A DNA stretch of 22,068 nucleotides from the NCBI GenBank assembly GCA_046543235.1, contig JBKGZT010000021.1, positions 1 to 22,068 on the forward strand. Reading direction: 5' to 3'. Both the position numbers and the translations under genes were made by a program. The notes beneath the pieces are model-generated. The model saw only the letters and a list, made by a program, of their open reading frames with translations. It was not told where the DNA came from and made no database searches. The stretch's first letter is position 1, and each line of letters opens with the position of its first letter. Positions 9,372 to 16,846 of the stretch are shown piece by piece. Source of the stretch: Candidatus Acetothermia bacterium. GTDB lineage: Bacteria > Bipolaricaulota > Bipolaricaulia > M55B111.

Positions 9372-9853
9372 TGGAAAAGTCACTTAATATCAGAACCCTC
9401 AACCTGACAACCGGTGATTTGCCCGGTACTCAATCGAGGAGGAAATCAAACCGGACAAATCAAACCAAGTCCTCACTTGCCGACTTGCCTAACAGGTCTA
9501 ACTTACGGTAACTTTGCCAAGGTCCGTATCTCAATTGATGAATGCTGGGCAAGAACCAACGGGCTCTTCCTGCAGCAAGCCCCAGGGCATTCTTGGCAAG
9601 TCTTGGTGAAAGTAGACGTCCGTCTTGTTCCGTCCGACCTGTAGAGGCGAAACGGGTTATATAACGCCGTAAGAACTCTCTATCTCTCCTTGAAGAGGGA
9701 TGTAAACTACCATTTGGATCTACATTCACGATACTTTTCCGTTTTAGTTAAACATCCCCGAACTTGTTTAAATAACGCACACAAACAGAACCTTCTGTTT
9801 TGAGTAAATTAACTTGGTGAAGGGGATCCAGGACGACGAGTTGGCTGATTACA
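9345..9853 (-). ncRNA. Unclassified large structured RNA, or very long rho 5' leader
   Basis: Starts just downstream of a perfect sigma70 promoter; no credible CDS; several helices, with G-U pairs that form only on the minus strand. Confidence 0.55.
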
Positions 9854-9858
9854 CTGCT

Positions 9859-9887
9859 ATTATAGACGAATCCCTGTCCTTTGTCAA
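9859..9887 (-). promoter_or_regulatory. Consensus sigma70 promoter
   Basis: Minus strand TTGACA (9887-9882), 17 nt, TATAAT (9864-9859); predicted TSS ~9852. Confidence 0.9.
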
Positions 9888-9911
9888 CATAACAGGAGAT
9901 GGACTTAAACT

Positions 9912-10562
9912 CTAACGATCCGACTTAGCTGGCGTCAGAGTGGTTTTAATTATGTTTCCGTACATCTTGAGCCTCGATTTAATTCCCTGGGCGAAGCCGC
10001 GTTTTTCTTCCTTCATCACGTGAGTAACCCCGGTGAGTTTTACTCGCGTCGTAGAGAGGTTTTCCCGCAAGGATAATTTTGTTAAAGCCATCTCAACGCC
10101 AAATTCTTCCGCCGCGGAGTTCTCCAGTTTTTCCCATATATCAGCGGAGATGATCCGCTGTCCGGAGAGGTGGGGGCTTATCTTCTGGGAAATATCCGTG
10201 TTCAGTCGCCCCTTATGAAAGACGCCTAGTACCATGTCCCAGTTTCCCTCTCTGTAGGTCGATATCATCTCATCGACGTGTCCGGGTTTGAGGCCTTTGA
10301 GGTCCGCGTCAATAAACATCAGGGTAGTATGATAAGCAATCTCGACCCCCCGGGCGAGCGCGTTTGCTTTTCCCGTGTTCCGGGGCAAACTTATTAACCT
10401 GGTCTCGACATCGCTGCTCTCCACGGTTTCGGCCGTATTATCCGTTGATCCGTCATCTACCACTATCAATTCAGTGGGGTTTTTGGCACCGTCCACCGCC
10501 TCGAGAACCGATTTTATTCTCTCCGCCTCGTTATACGCGGGAATTATTACGGAGACTTTCAC
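9912..10562 (-). CDS. Glycosyltransferase family 2 protein
   Basis: SVIIPAYNE, VDDGSTD, GKANAL, DADL, SGQR, FGVE motifs; GTG start. Confidence 0.92.
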   Translation of the reverse strand: MKVSVIIPAYNEAERIKSVLEAVDGAKNPTELIVVDDGSTDNTAETVESSDVETRLISLPRNTGKANALARGVEIAYHTTLMFIDADLKGLKPGHVDEMISTYREGNWDMVLGVFHKGRLNTDISQKISPHLSGQRIISADIWEKLENSAAEEFGVEMALTKLSLRENLSTTRVKLTGVTHVMKEEKRGFAQGIKSRLKMYGNIIKTTLTPAKSDR

Positions 10563-10623
10563 GCCATCACACCCTGGTTGATATTGTGACCCGGATTGAT
10601 AACTTCAGAGTTTATTATATTTT

Positions 10624-12333
10624 CTATAATTTTTTCTCCAGCTGATCGATGATCCCCTCTGTCTCGTGGGAGCTTACGTCGATTTCTTCCTGCTTGCCTC
10701 CCCTGGTTTCGACTTCTACTGTGCCGTTCTCTAGTCCTCTGGGCCCTACGATTATTTTTAAGGGCAGGCCGATCAGGTCGGAATCGTTAAATTTAACTCC
10801 GGGAGAAGCATCCCTGTCGTCGAGCAGTACGTCGTAACCCCTCTCCCTGAGTCCTTCATATAAATCCTCCCCAAGGGCCTCCGTTCGTCCCTCCCTGGAG
10901 CCCAGCACTAAGATTCCTGCCGAAAAGGGTGCTACGGAGCTCGTCCATTTTATCCCCCTGTCATCGTAATTCTGCTGGATAACGGCAGGTATCAGGCGAC
11001 TTATACCGATTCCATAGCAACCCATCACATATGGATTTAGCTCGCCTTCTTCGTCCTGATATTCCCCGTCGAGACTACTTGAGTATTTCGTTCCCAGCTG
11101 GAAAAGCTGTCCGACCTCAATGCTGCTGTGAAATTCCAGGTGGTTTCCGCACTTCGGACAGTTATCTCCTTCCTTGACTTTGCGCAGGTTGATGAACTCG
11201 GGATTCGGGATATCTCTACCCCAGTTTACGTTCTTTAAGTGATAGCCGTTCTCGTTGGCCCCGACAATGAAATTCGAATATGATTTTATGTCGCGGTCCG
11301 CGTAAACCGGGATATCCAGCCCAACTGGCCCTATTGAGCCGAAATTGGCCCCCGTTATCTCCTTGATCTCCGCCTCCGAGGAAACCATTTCGGCTTTTCT
11401 TGTCCCGAGGTGGTTGATTAGTTTGGATTCCTCTATATCGTCTTCTCCCCCAACCAGCGCGGCGACTAGGCCGTCGTCAGTTCTATATATAAAGGTCTTT
11501 ACGATCTTCCTGCTGGGAACGCCGAGGAATTCCGCGACCGCTTCCACTGTTTCCTTTCCCGGCGTGGCGACCTTTTCCAATTCTGCCGGTTCCTCCGAAC
11601 CGTTTTCCGACGAGACTTCGTACTCGGCTATCTCCAGGTTGGAAGCGTATCCGCAGCTTTGACAGAGTGCTATTTCTTCGCCCCCTTCGTCCGCCAGGGC
11701 CATGAATTCCTGCGAGTAACTACCTCCCATCAGCCCGGTGGGGGCTTCAACTGCCACCCAGTCCAGGCCGAGCCTGTCAAAGGTCCTGGCGTAGGCATCG
11801 TACATATCCTCGTAAGTATCGTCCAGGCTGGCCTGAGAGGTATGAAAGCTATAGGCGTCCTTCATCAGAAACTCCCTGGACCGCATCACTCCATGGCGTG
11901 GCCGGATTTCATCCCGGAACTTATCGTTGATCTGGTAGAGCACGAGCGGCAGGTCATTGTAGGAATTAAGTTCGTCTCTTACGAGGTCGGTAATTATCTC
12001 CTCGTGGGTCGGCCCAAGCGCGAACTTCTGCTCCTTTCTGTCGGATAATTTGAACATTTCGGGACCGAAGTCATCCCACCTGCCGCTTTCCTTCCACAGT
12101 CCCGCGGGTTGGACGATGGGGAGCTTGATTTCCTGTGCTCCGGCCCGGTTCATCTCCTCGCGGACGATTTCCTCGATGTTCTTCAGGACCTGGAAACCCA
12201 GCGGCAGGTAGCTGTAGATGCCGGCAGTTACTTTCCGAACCATGCCGGCCTTTAACATCAACTTATGGCTTGCCAGTTCTGCGTCGGCTGGAGACTCCTT
12301 TAAAGTCGGCAAATAATAATTGCTTAATCTCAT
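10624..12333 (-). CDS. proS: Proline--tRNA ligase (bacterial type with editing insertion)
   Basis: LPTLKE.P, GRWDDFGPE, LGPTHEE, KFRDEIRPR, EFLMKDAYSF, GSIGP, MGCYGIG, DDR, DLIGLP; SD GGAGG. Confidence 0.99.
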   Translation of the reverse strand: MRLSNYYLPTLKESPADAELASHKLMLKAGMVRKVTAGIYSYLPLGFQVLKNIEEIVREEMNRAGAQEIKLPIVQPAGLWKESGRWDDFGPEMFKLSDRKEQKFALGPTHEEIITDLVRDELNSYNDLPLVLYQINDKFRDEIRPRHGVMRSREFLMKDAYSFHTSQASLDDTYEDMYDAYARTFDRLGLDWVAVEAPTGLMGGSYSQEFMALADEGGEEIALCQSCGYASNLEIAEYEVSSENGSEEPAELEKVATPGKETVEAVAEFLGVPSRKIVKTFIYRTDDGLVAALVGGEDDIEESKLINHLGTRKAEMVSSEAEIKEITGANFGSIGPVGLDIPVYADRDIKSYSNFIVGANENGYHLKNVNWGRDIPNPEFINLRKVKEGDNCPKCGNHLEFHSSIEVGQLFQLGTKYSSSLDGEYQDEEGELNPYVMGCYGIGISRLIPAVIQQNYDDRGIKWTSSVAPFSAGILVLGSREGRTEALGEDLYEGLRERGYDVLLDDRDASPGVKFNDSDLIGLPLKIIVGPRGLENGTVEVETRGGKQEEIDVSSHETEGIIDQLEKKL

Positions 12334-12354
12334 CTGATTTGATCCTCCAGATCT

Positions 12355-12789
12355 TTATAACAAGGCCCCCAGCAGGTCGATCCGCTGGACTATTCCCGAT
12401 AGCATCCCGTCTTCGTCCACCACGGGGACCCGATTTAACTCGTTTCTGATGATCAAATCCGCCACGTGGATGTCCTCCTCGTCTTCGTCGACGGTTATGA
12501 CCTCATTAACCATGTATTCTTCCACGTTATCCCCCTTGATCTCCTCGAGGCGCCTGGATAATTGGTTGATGTCGGGGAGGTAGGAAGCGGTTCGTAGCAT
12601 CTCAAAATAGTTGGGAAGTGCGGCGGATATGATATCTCGTTCGGATATGAATCCGACCACGATACCTTTCTCGTCGACAACGGGAACACCGGAAAGTTCG
12701 CTTTTTTCCAGCAGGAAGATCAGGGCCTTTAGCGTCTGGTTCGTCCTTACCGCCGTCAGGTCCTTTGTCATTATATCTTTTACTTTCAT
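12355..12789 (-). CDS. Stand-alone CBS-domain pair protein
   Basis: VKDIMT, SGVPVVD..G..VGFISERD, VEEYM, RVPVVD..G.L.GIV..IDL: two CBS repeats. Confidence 0.9.
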   Translation of the reverse strand: MKVKDIMTKDLTAVRTNQTLKALIFLLEKSELSGVPVVDEKGIVVGFISERDIISAALPNYFEMLRTASYLPDINQLSRRLEEIKGDNVEEYMVNEVITVDEDEEDIHVADLIIRNELNRVPVVDEDGMLSGIVQRIDLLGALL

Positions 12790-13748
12790 TCTAAGTTCTC
12801 ACCCATTTCCTTCAGGGTTATCTCCTCTAATTGAGCCTGGATTAACGAGGCGTCTCTGGGTATCTTCTCATAAACTTCTACACTTGCCATGCCGGCCGCC
12901 AGACCGTATTTGACGGCTTCCGGGACCGATTTTCCATCCTCGAGCTTATAAACTATTCCACCGACCAGGCTGTCGCCGGCTCCGACACGGTTTCGTACCT
13001 CGAGCTTGTCTCGATTGGCTTCCAGGTTCCAGTTTTTGTCCTTGCTTACCAGTATATCTCCCGTAAGGCCATGGGACAATAGGACGTACTCGGTATCGTA
13101 GCTCAGTATTTTTTTGCCCACGTCGATTATGGACTGGCTATCAGTTAGTTTTTCTCCCAGAACTTCTTTTGTCTCTCTTATGTCCGGCTTTATCAGAAAA
13201 GGGCCCGCTTTAGCTGCGGGGCCTACGTAGTCCCCGCCGGTATTGACTACGGTTCGGACATCCCGTTTCTTGGCCATTTTAACCAGCTTGCCGTAGATAT
13301 CTTTCGGAACTCCCGGCGGTAAACTTCCGGAAAGGACCACGCAGGATACTCGATGTAACATGGTCTCGTACTGTTCCAGGAACTGGTCAAGGGCTCGGTC
13401 CGAGATTTCGGGCCCCGCGCTGTTTACCTCTATCGGATTTGCTTCCTGGCCTTTTCTCAGAATCGCCACATTGCTCCTGGTTTCCGCGTTAATCCAGGTG
13501 AGATTGGTCGTGGTACCTTCTTCGCGCAGGGAACGCTTTATGGCTCGTCCCGTATGTCCTCCGATCAGACCCATGGCGATGTTTTCTATCCCGACGCTGG
13601 ATAGAAAAAGAGAGACGTTAACGCCTTTACCACCCGCGCTTGAGTAAGTTCGGTAAGCCCGGGATAGCTGTGTTTCACCTTGTTGTTCTATCTCCTTTAC
13701 CCAGTAGATTAAATCGTAAGCAGGGTTTAAAGTTGTAGTCAGGATCAC
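12786..13748 (-). CDS. PfkB-family sugar-phosphate kinase (1-phosphofructokinase/LacC-like)
   Basis: TLNPAYD, AGGKGVNVS, GG.TG, ETRSN, SGSLPPG, LIKP, VGAGDS motifs; GTG start overlaps miaB stop. Confidence 0.92.
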   Translation of the reverse strand: MILTTTLNPAYDLIYWVKEIEQQGETQLSRAYRTYSSAGGKGVNVSLFLSSVGIENIAMGLIGGHTGRAIKRSLREEGTTTNLTWINAETRSNVAILRKGQEANPIEVNSAGPEISDRALDQFLEQYETMLHRVSCVVLSGSLPPGVPKDIYGKLVKMAKKRDVRTVVNTGGDYVGPAAKAGPFLIKPDIRETKEVLGEKLTDSQSIIDVGKKILSYDTEYVLLSHGLTGDILVSKDKNWNLEANRDKLEVRNRVGAGDSLVGGIVYKLEDGKSVPEAVKYGLAAGMASVEVYEKIPRDASLIQAQLEEITLKEMGENLE

Positions 13749-15058
13749 TTTAGATTCGCCCCCGTTTTTTCTGCGGGTCGGCCGCGGTTTGCGGACTTCA
13801 AAGTAATTGATTTAAATTCTCCGATCATGTCCTCATCGCCGGGGAAAGTAACCGTTCTTCCGAATTCGTCCTTTCCGTATACTGCCCCCTCTTCTCTCGC
13901 CAATCCCTGGACTAGAACTTCCGTAGTTCTCCCTCTAAATCTGGATTCTCGATCCCGAGAATACTCCTTCTGTTTATCCAGGACTATCTGTAACCTCCTT
14001 TTCTTTTCCTTGTCCGTGACGTGATCTTCCATAGTTGCGCTTCTGGTCTTGGGACGGGGGGAGAACTGAGCGACGTAAATGGAGCCGAACTTAACCCTCT
14101 CTATCACCTCGAGAGTTTGCCGAAAATCCTCTTCCATTTCCCCTGGATGTCCGACTATTATGTCCGTCGTAATGTTTATATCAGGGTCCATTCTCCTCGC
14201 CTTTTCCACCTTTTCCAGGTATTCTTCCCTTGTGTACCCCCTATTCATTATTCGGAGTACCCTGTTTGAACCGGATTGGAGAGGCAAGTGTAGCTGCCTG
14301 ATCACGTTCTCATGCTCGTCCATGACCACCAGCGTCTTTTTATCCAGGTCCTTTGGGTGGGGAGTCGTGAAGCTGACCCTTGGTATTTCGGTTCTTGCGA
14401 CTTTATCCAGAAGCCAGGCGAAATCCTTGTCCTCGCCTTCTAAATCCTGGCCGAAGGAGTTTACGTTTTGTCCAAGTAGCTGAACTTCTCTGTAGCCTTC
14501 ATCCTTCAGACCCTTGATTTCTGAAATTATCCTCTCCGGGGACCTGCTTCGAAGGGGTCCCCTGACTTTAGGGACTATACAGTAAGAACAGGCGTTTGAA
14601 CACCCTTCGGCTATCGTGACCCAGGCAAAATAGCTTGATTTTCTGAGGACCGGAAGGTTCTCAAAACCGTCTGGCCTCGGAGTTGAGGCGTGAGGGCCGG
14701 TTTGCCTGGCTTTTTCGGCCAGTTCAGGAATTTCGGAGAGGTTAGAGGTACCAAACACGAAATCGACTCCTCCTCCAGGACCGTCAAATAAATCCTCACC
14801 CAGGTGTTGTGCCATACAGCCCCCGACGCCAAGGACGCTATTCTCCTTTCTTTCATCCTTTATTTGCCCTATTCTTCCTCTGACTTTTTCCTCGGATTTA
14901 TCCCTGACCGCACAGGTGTTGAAAACTATCAGATCCGCTTCACCGATCTCCCGGACTATAGCGTAGCCGTTATCTTCAAGAGTACCGGCGATCTTTTCTG
15001 AACGGTGGTAATTTAACTGACAGCCCCACGTTTCTATGTACGCTTTTTCTTTCTCCAT
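13745..15058 (-). CDS. miaB: tRNA-2-methylthio-N6-dimethylallyladenosine synthase (radical SAM methylthiotransferase)
   Basis: TWGCQLN, NTCAVR, GGCMAQ N-terminal Cys; CSNACSYC radical SAM motif; LLGQNVNS, LPLQSGS, TDIIVG; C-terminal TRAM-like region; SD AGGTGA. Confidence 0.93.
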   Translation of the reverse strand: MEKEKAYIETWGCQLNYHRSEKIAGTLEDNGYAIVREIGEADLIVFNTCAVRDKSEEKVRGRIGQIKDERKENSVLGVGGCMAQHLGEDLFDGPGGGVDFVFGTSNLSEIPELAEKARQTGPHASTPRPDGFENLPVLRKSSYFAWVTIAEGCSNACSYCIVPKVRGPLRSRSPERIISEIKGLKDEGYREVQLLGQNVNSFGQDLEGEDKDFAWLLDKVARTEIPRVSFTTPHPKDLDKKTLVVMDEHENVIRQLHLPLQSGSNRVLRIMNRGYTREEYLEKVEKARRMDPDINITTDIIVGHPGEMEEDFRQTLEVIERVKFGSIYVAQFSPRPKTRSATMEDHVTDKEKKRRLQIVLDKQKEYSRDRESRFRGRTTEVLVQGLAREEGAVYGKDEFGRTVTFPGDEDMIGEFKSITLKSANRGRPAEKTGANLK

Positions 15059-15083
15059 GTTAATTCACCTATTTAAAAAACAG

Positions 15084-15284
15084 GGTAAGGACGAAGGTTT
15101 ACGTGCCGAACTGATTGGAGGTTAAAATTATTTTAAATGATCCGGATACTTAAATCCAGTGGTCGACTTCTCCGGAAAAACGCGCCGGTGTTTGAAAGAA
15201 TTGAGCAGACATTTACAAATCCCGCGGTGAAGCGGCGAATTATTTCGGCACGGAGACCTCACATCTTCTCAGGAAGAACCTACC
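15084..15284 (+). ncRNA. Candidate 6S-RNA-like rod-shaped ncRNA (strand tentative)
   Basis: Ends pair: AGGTTT-A-CGTGCCGAA-C-TGATT (15095-15116) with AATTA-T-TTCGGCACG-G-AGACCT (15238-15259); central bubble with CCGC/GCGG hairpin (15222-15235); inner helix TAAATG/CATTTA (15134-15139/15210-15215); apical CCGG/CCGG. Confidence 0.45.
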
Positions 15285-15351
15285 TAAAAAAGATGAAAGA
15301 ATTTAGCTATAATAATAAATAGATCAGAAATAATTTGGGGAGGGAGTCACC

Positions 15352-16089
15352 TTGCGCAGGGGTGCAGTTGTAGTTTTGCTTTGGTTGGTCCTTGTTTTTG
15401 TTGCTTTCGGCGTTCAGGGATCCAATGTCGCGGAAAACTACCAGTTTGAAGTCGGTCTGAAGCTTTCCAAGATCCTTGACAGGCAGATGGTTTTTTCCTT
15501 TACCGCCTCGGGCTGCCCCCACTGCCAGGATTTCAAGGAAGAGGTGCTCTCGGATCCTTCGGTTAAGGAATTTCTAGGTAAGCATTTCGTTTTCTCCCTA
15601 ATCTCGCTTGACAGTACTTTCGATCTGGAACTACCTGAAAAGGGGACGATTACGAATATGGAGCTTGCTTCCAGTTTGGGGGTCGAGTATACACCGACGA
15701 CTTACGTATTCTACCCCCCCGATCCTGGACTGGAGGGTAATGACGTAGTGAAAATCCCCGGAGCAGTTTCCGGTCCGGAGAAGATGATAAACTTGCTCGA
15801 ACGGGTACTTTCCGAAGCCAAGGAAGGAGAGGGAGAGGGTGTTGCGGGGAACAGGCCCTACAATTACAGAAACGCCGTAAAGGAGATAACGGAAGATGAT
15901 TTCGTCTTTTTGCGGGAGAAATATCAAGGGGAGATACCCGTTATCCCGGAAAGGGTTGATCCTTCTGAGCTGACTGACGTTAAAGAGGTCTTGCTGAGTT
16001 TCTATCCGGAGGACCTCGAAGGGTATACCGACGCCATCCTCTCGGAAACCCAGGTCGAGAAAATCTACGTGCTAAAGCCTGCTACATAG
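15352..16089 (+). CDS. Secreted thioredoxin-fold protein (SoxW/Thioredoxin_2-like) with C-terminal extension
   Basis: Signal peptide MRRGAVVVLLWLVLVFVAFG; CPHC active site; cis-Pro motif YTPT; TTG start with GGGAGGGAG upstream. Confidence 0.85.
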   Translation: MRRGAVVVLLWLVLVFVAFGVQGSNVAENYQFEVGLKLSKILDRQMVFSFTASGCPHCQDFKEEVLSDPSVKEFLGKHFVFSLISLDSTFDLELPEKGTITNMELASSLGVEYTPTTYVFYPPDPGLEGNDVVKIPGAVSGPEKMINLLERVLSEAKEGEGEGVAGNRPYNYRNAVKEITEDDFVFLREKYQGEIPVIPERVDPSELTDVKEVLLSFYPEDLEGYTDAILSETQVEKIYVLKPAT

Positions 16090-16192
16090 GGCTCGGGAAG
16101 TACCTAACGGCTCGATTACGAAAGTTTTGCTTCGCGTATTCCACTCCTTTTTCGGACATATGTCCATGCAGCGAAACAATAGGTTGGTTAAT

Positions 16193-16846
16193 ATGGGACA
16201 AATGTTAAGGAAGACCTTTTTTACGATAGTGCTCTCTACCGTGATGGTGTATCTCGTTGCTGCTCCGGGAGCTGCGCCGGGAAGATCCGTTAGTTCGTCC
16301 GCGTCGGTCATAACTATAGACCCGGGTCACGGTGGTCACGACCATGGGGCAATAGTAGCCGGGGTTTCCGAGAAGAGCGTCAACCTTGCTATCTCGAAAA
16401 AGTTGATAGAGATTGGAAAAGACCACCCGACGATCGATTTCGTTTTAACCCGGAATACGGATAATTACCTGCCTTTACTTGATCGCCTGGAGCTAGCCGA
16501 GAACAATGGGAGCGAAGGATACCTCTCAATTCAGGCCAACTCCTACGGGGACCCTGGGGTAGCAGGGGTCGAGACGATCGTCGATCGGACGAGAGCACAG
16601 GAAGGGCCCAGCTGGACGATGGCAGAGTTAATCCAGGACTCCGTCGTGGATAGGACGGGTGCAAGGGATAGAGGACTTAGGTACCAAAGAATATATACGA
16701 GACATACCTCCCTTCCGGCCGCCATGATAGAAGTTGGCTTTCTCACCTCTCCAGCAGAGAGGCAAAAACTGACGAACGGATCATATCAGGATTCGGTCGC
16801 CCGCGGAATAATTCAGGGCTTGCTTCGCTACTTATCCCGGGATTGA
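16193..16846 (+). CDS. N-acetylmuramoyl-L-alanine amidase (Amidase_3), secreted
   Basis: IDPGHGG, SEK..NL, LTR..D, SIQAN, G.ET, DRG, PAAMIEVGFLT motifs; signal peptide; start ATG 16193 or 16202 preferred over TTG 16127. Confidence 0.9.
   Translation: MGQMLRKTFFTIVLSTVMVYLVAAPGAAPGRSVSSSASVITIDPGHGGHDHGAIVAGVSEKSVNLAISKKLIEIGKDHPTIDFVLTRNTDNYLPLLDRLELAENNGSEGYLSIQANSYGDPGVAGVETIVDRTRAQEGPSWTMAELIQDSVVDRTGARDRGLRYQRIYTRHTSLPAAMIEVGFLTSPAERQKLTNGSYQDSVARGIIQGLLRYLSRD

Noticed and set aside
9620-9645. CAGGUCGGACGGAACAAG resembling SRP RNA helix 8
   Set aside because: Lacks the GNRA-capped stem and the downstream AGCAG element; ACAGGUC has a better long-range partner at 9492-9498
9460-9729. 89-aa minus-strand ORF with fragments resembling ribosomal protein S18 (LRRYIT, GRLLSPR, RARWFLP)
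   Set aside because: Motif spacing does not fit S18, there is no DYK motif, the GTG start has no SD, and the composition is basic and atypical. It overlaps the RNA helices. A leader-peptide role cannot be fully excluded; tBLASTn would decide.
9345-9853. Identification of the rho-upstream RNA as RNase P RNA, tmRNA, T-box or CsrB-like sponge
   Set aside because: No GAGGAAAGUCC P4 motif, no tRNA-like ends, no T-box UGGNACC antiterminator. ACGGA occurs four times, but total GGA count (~11 in the leader) is near chance.
10614-10642. TATAAT upstream of the GT2 gene on the minus strand
   Set aside because: No credible -35 or extended -10, and it lies in an AT-rich stretch at the end of proS
15137-15322. 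61-aa plus-strand ORF in the miaB/thioredoxin gap
   Set aside because: Very basic, no recognisable motif, GGAGG is ~15 nt from the ATG, and it overlaps the rod-like RNA fold; not fully excluded
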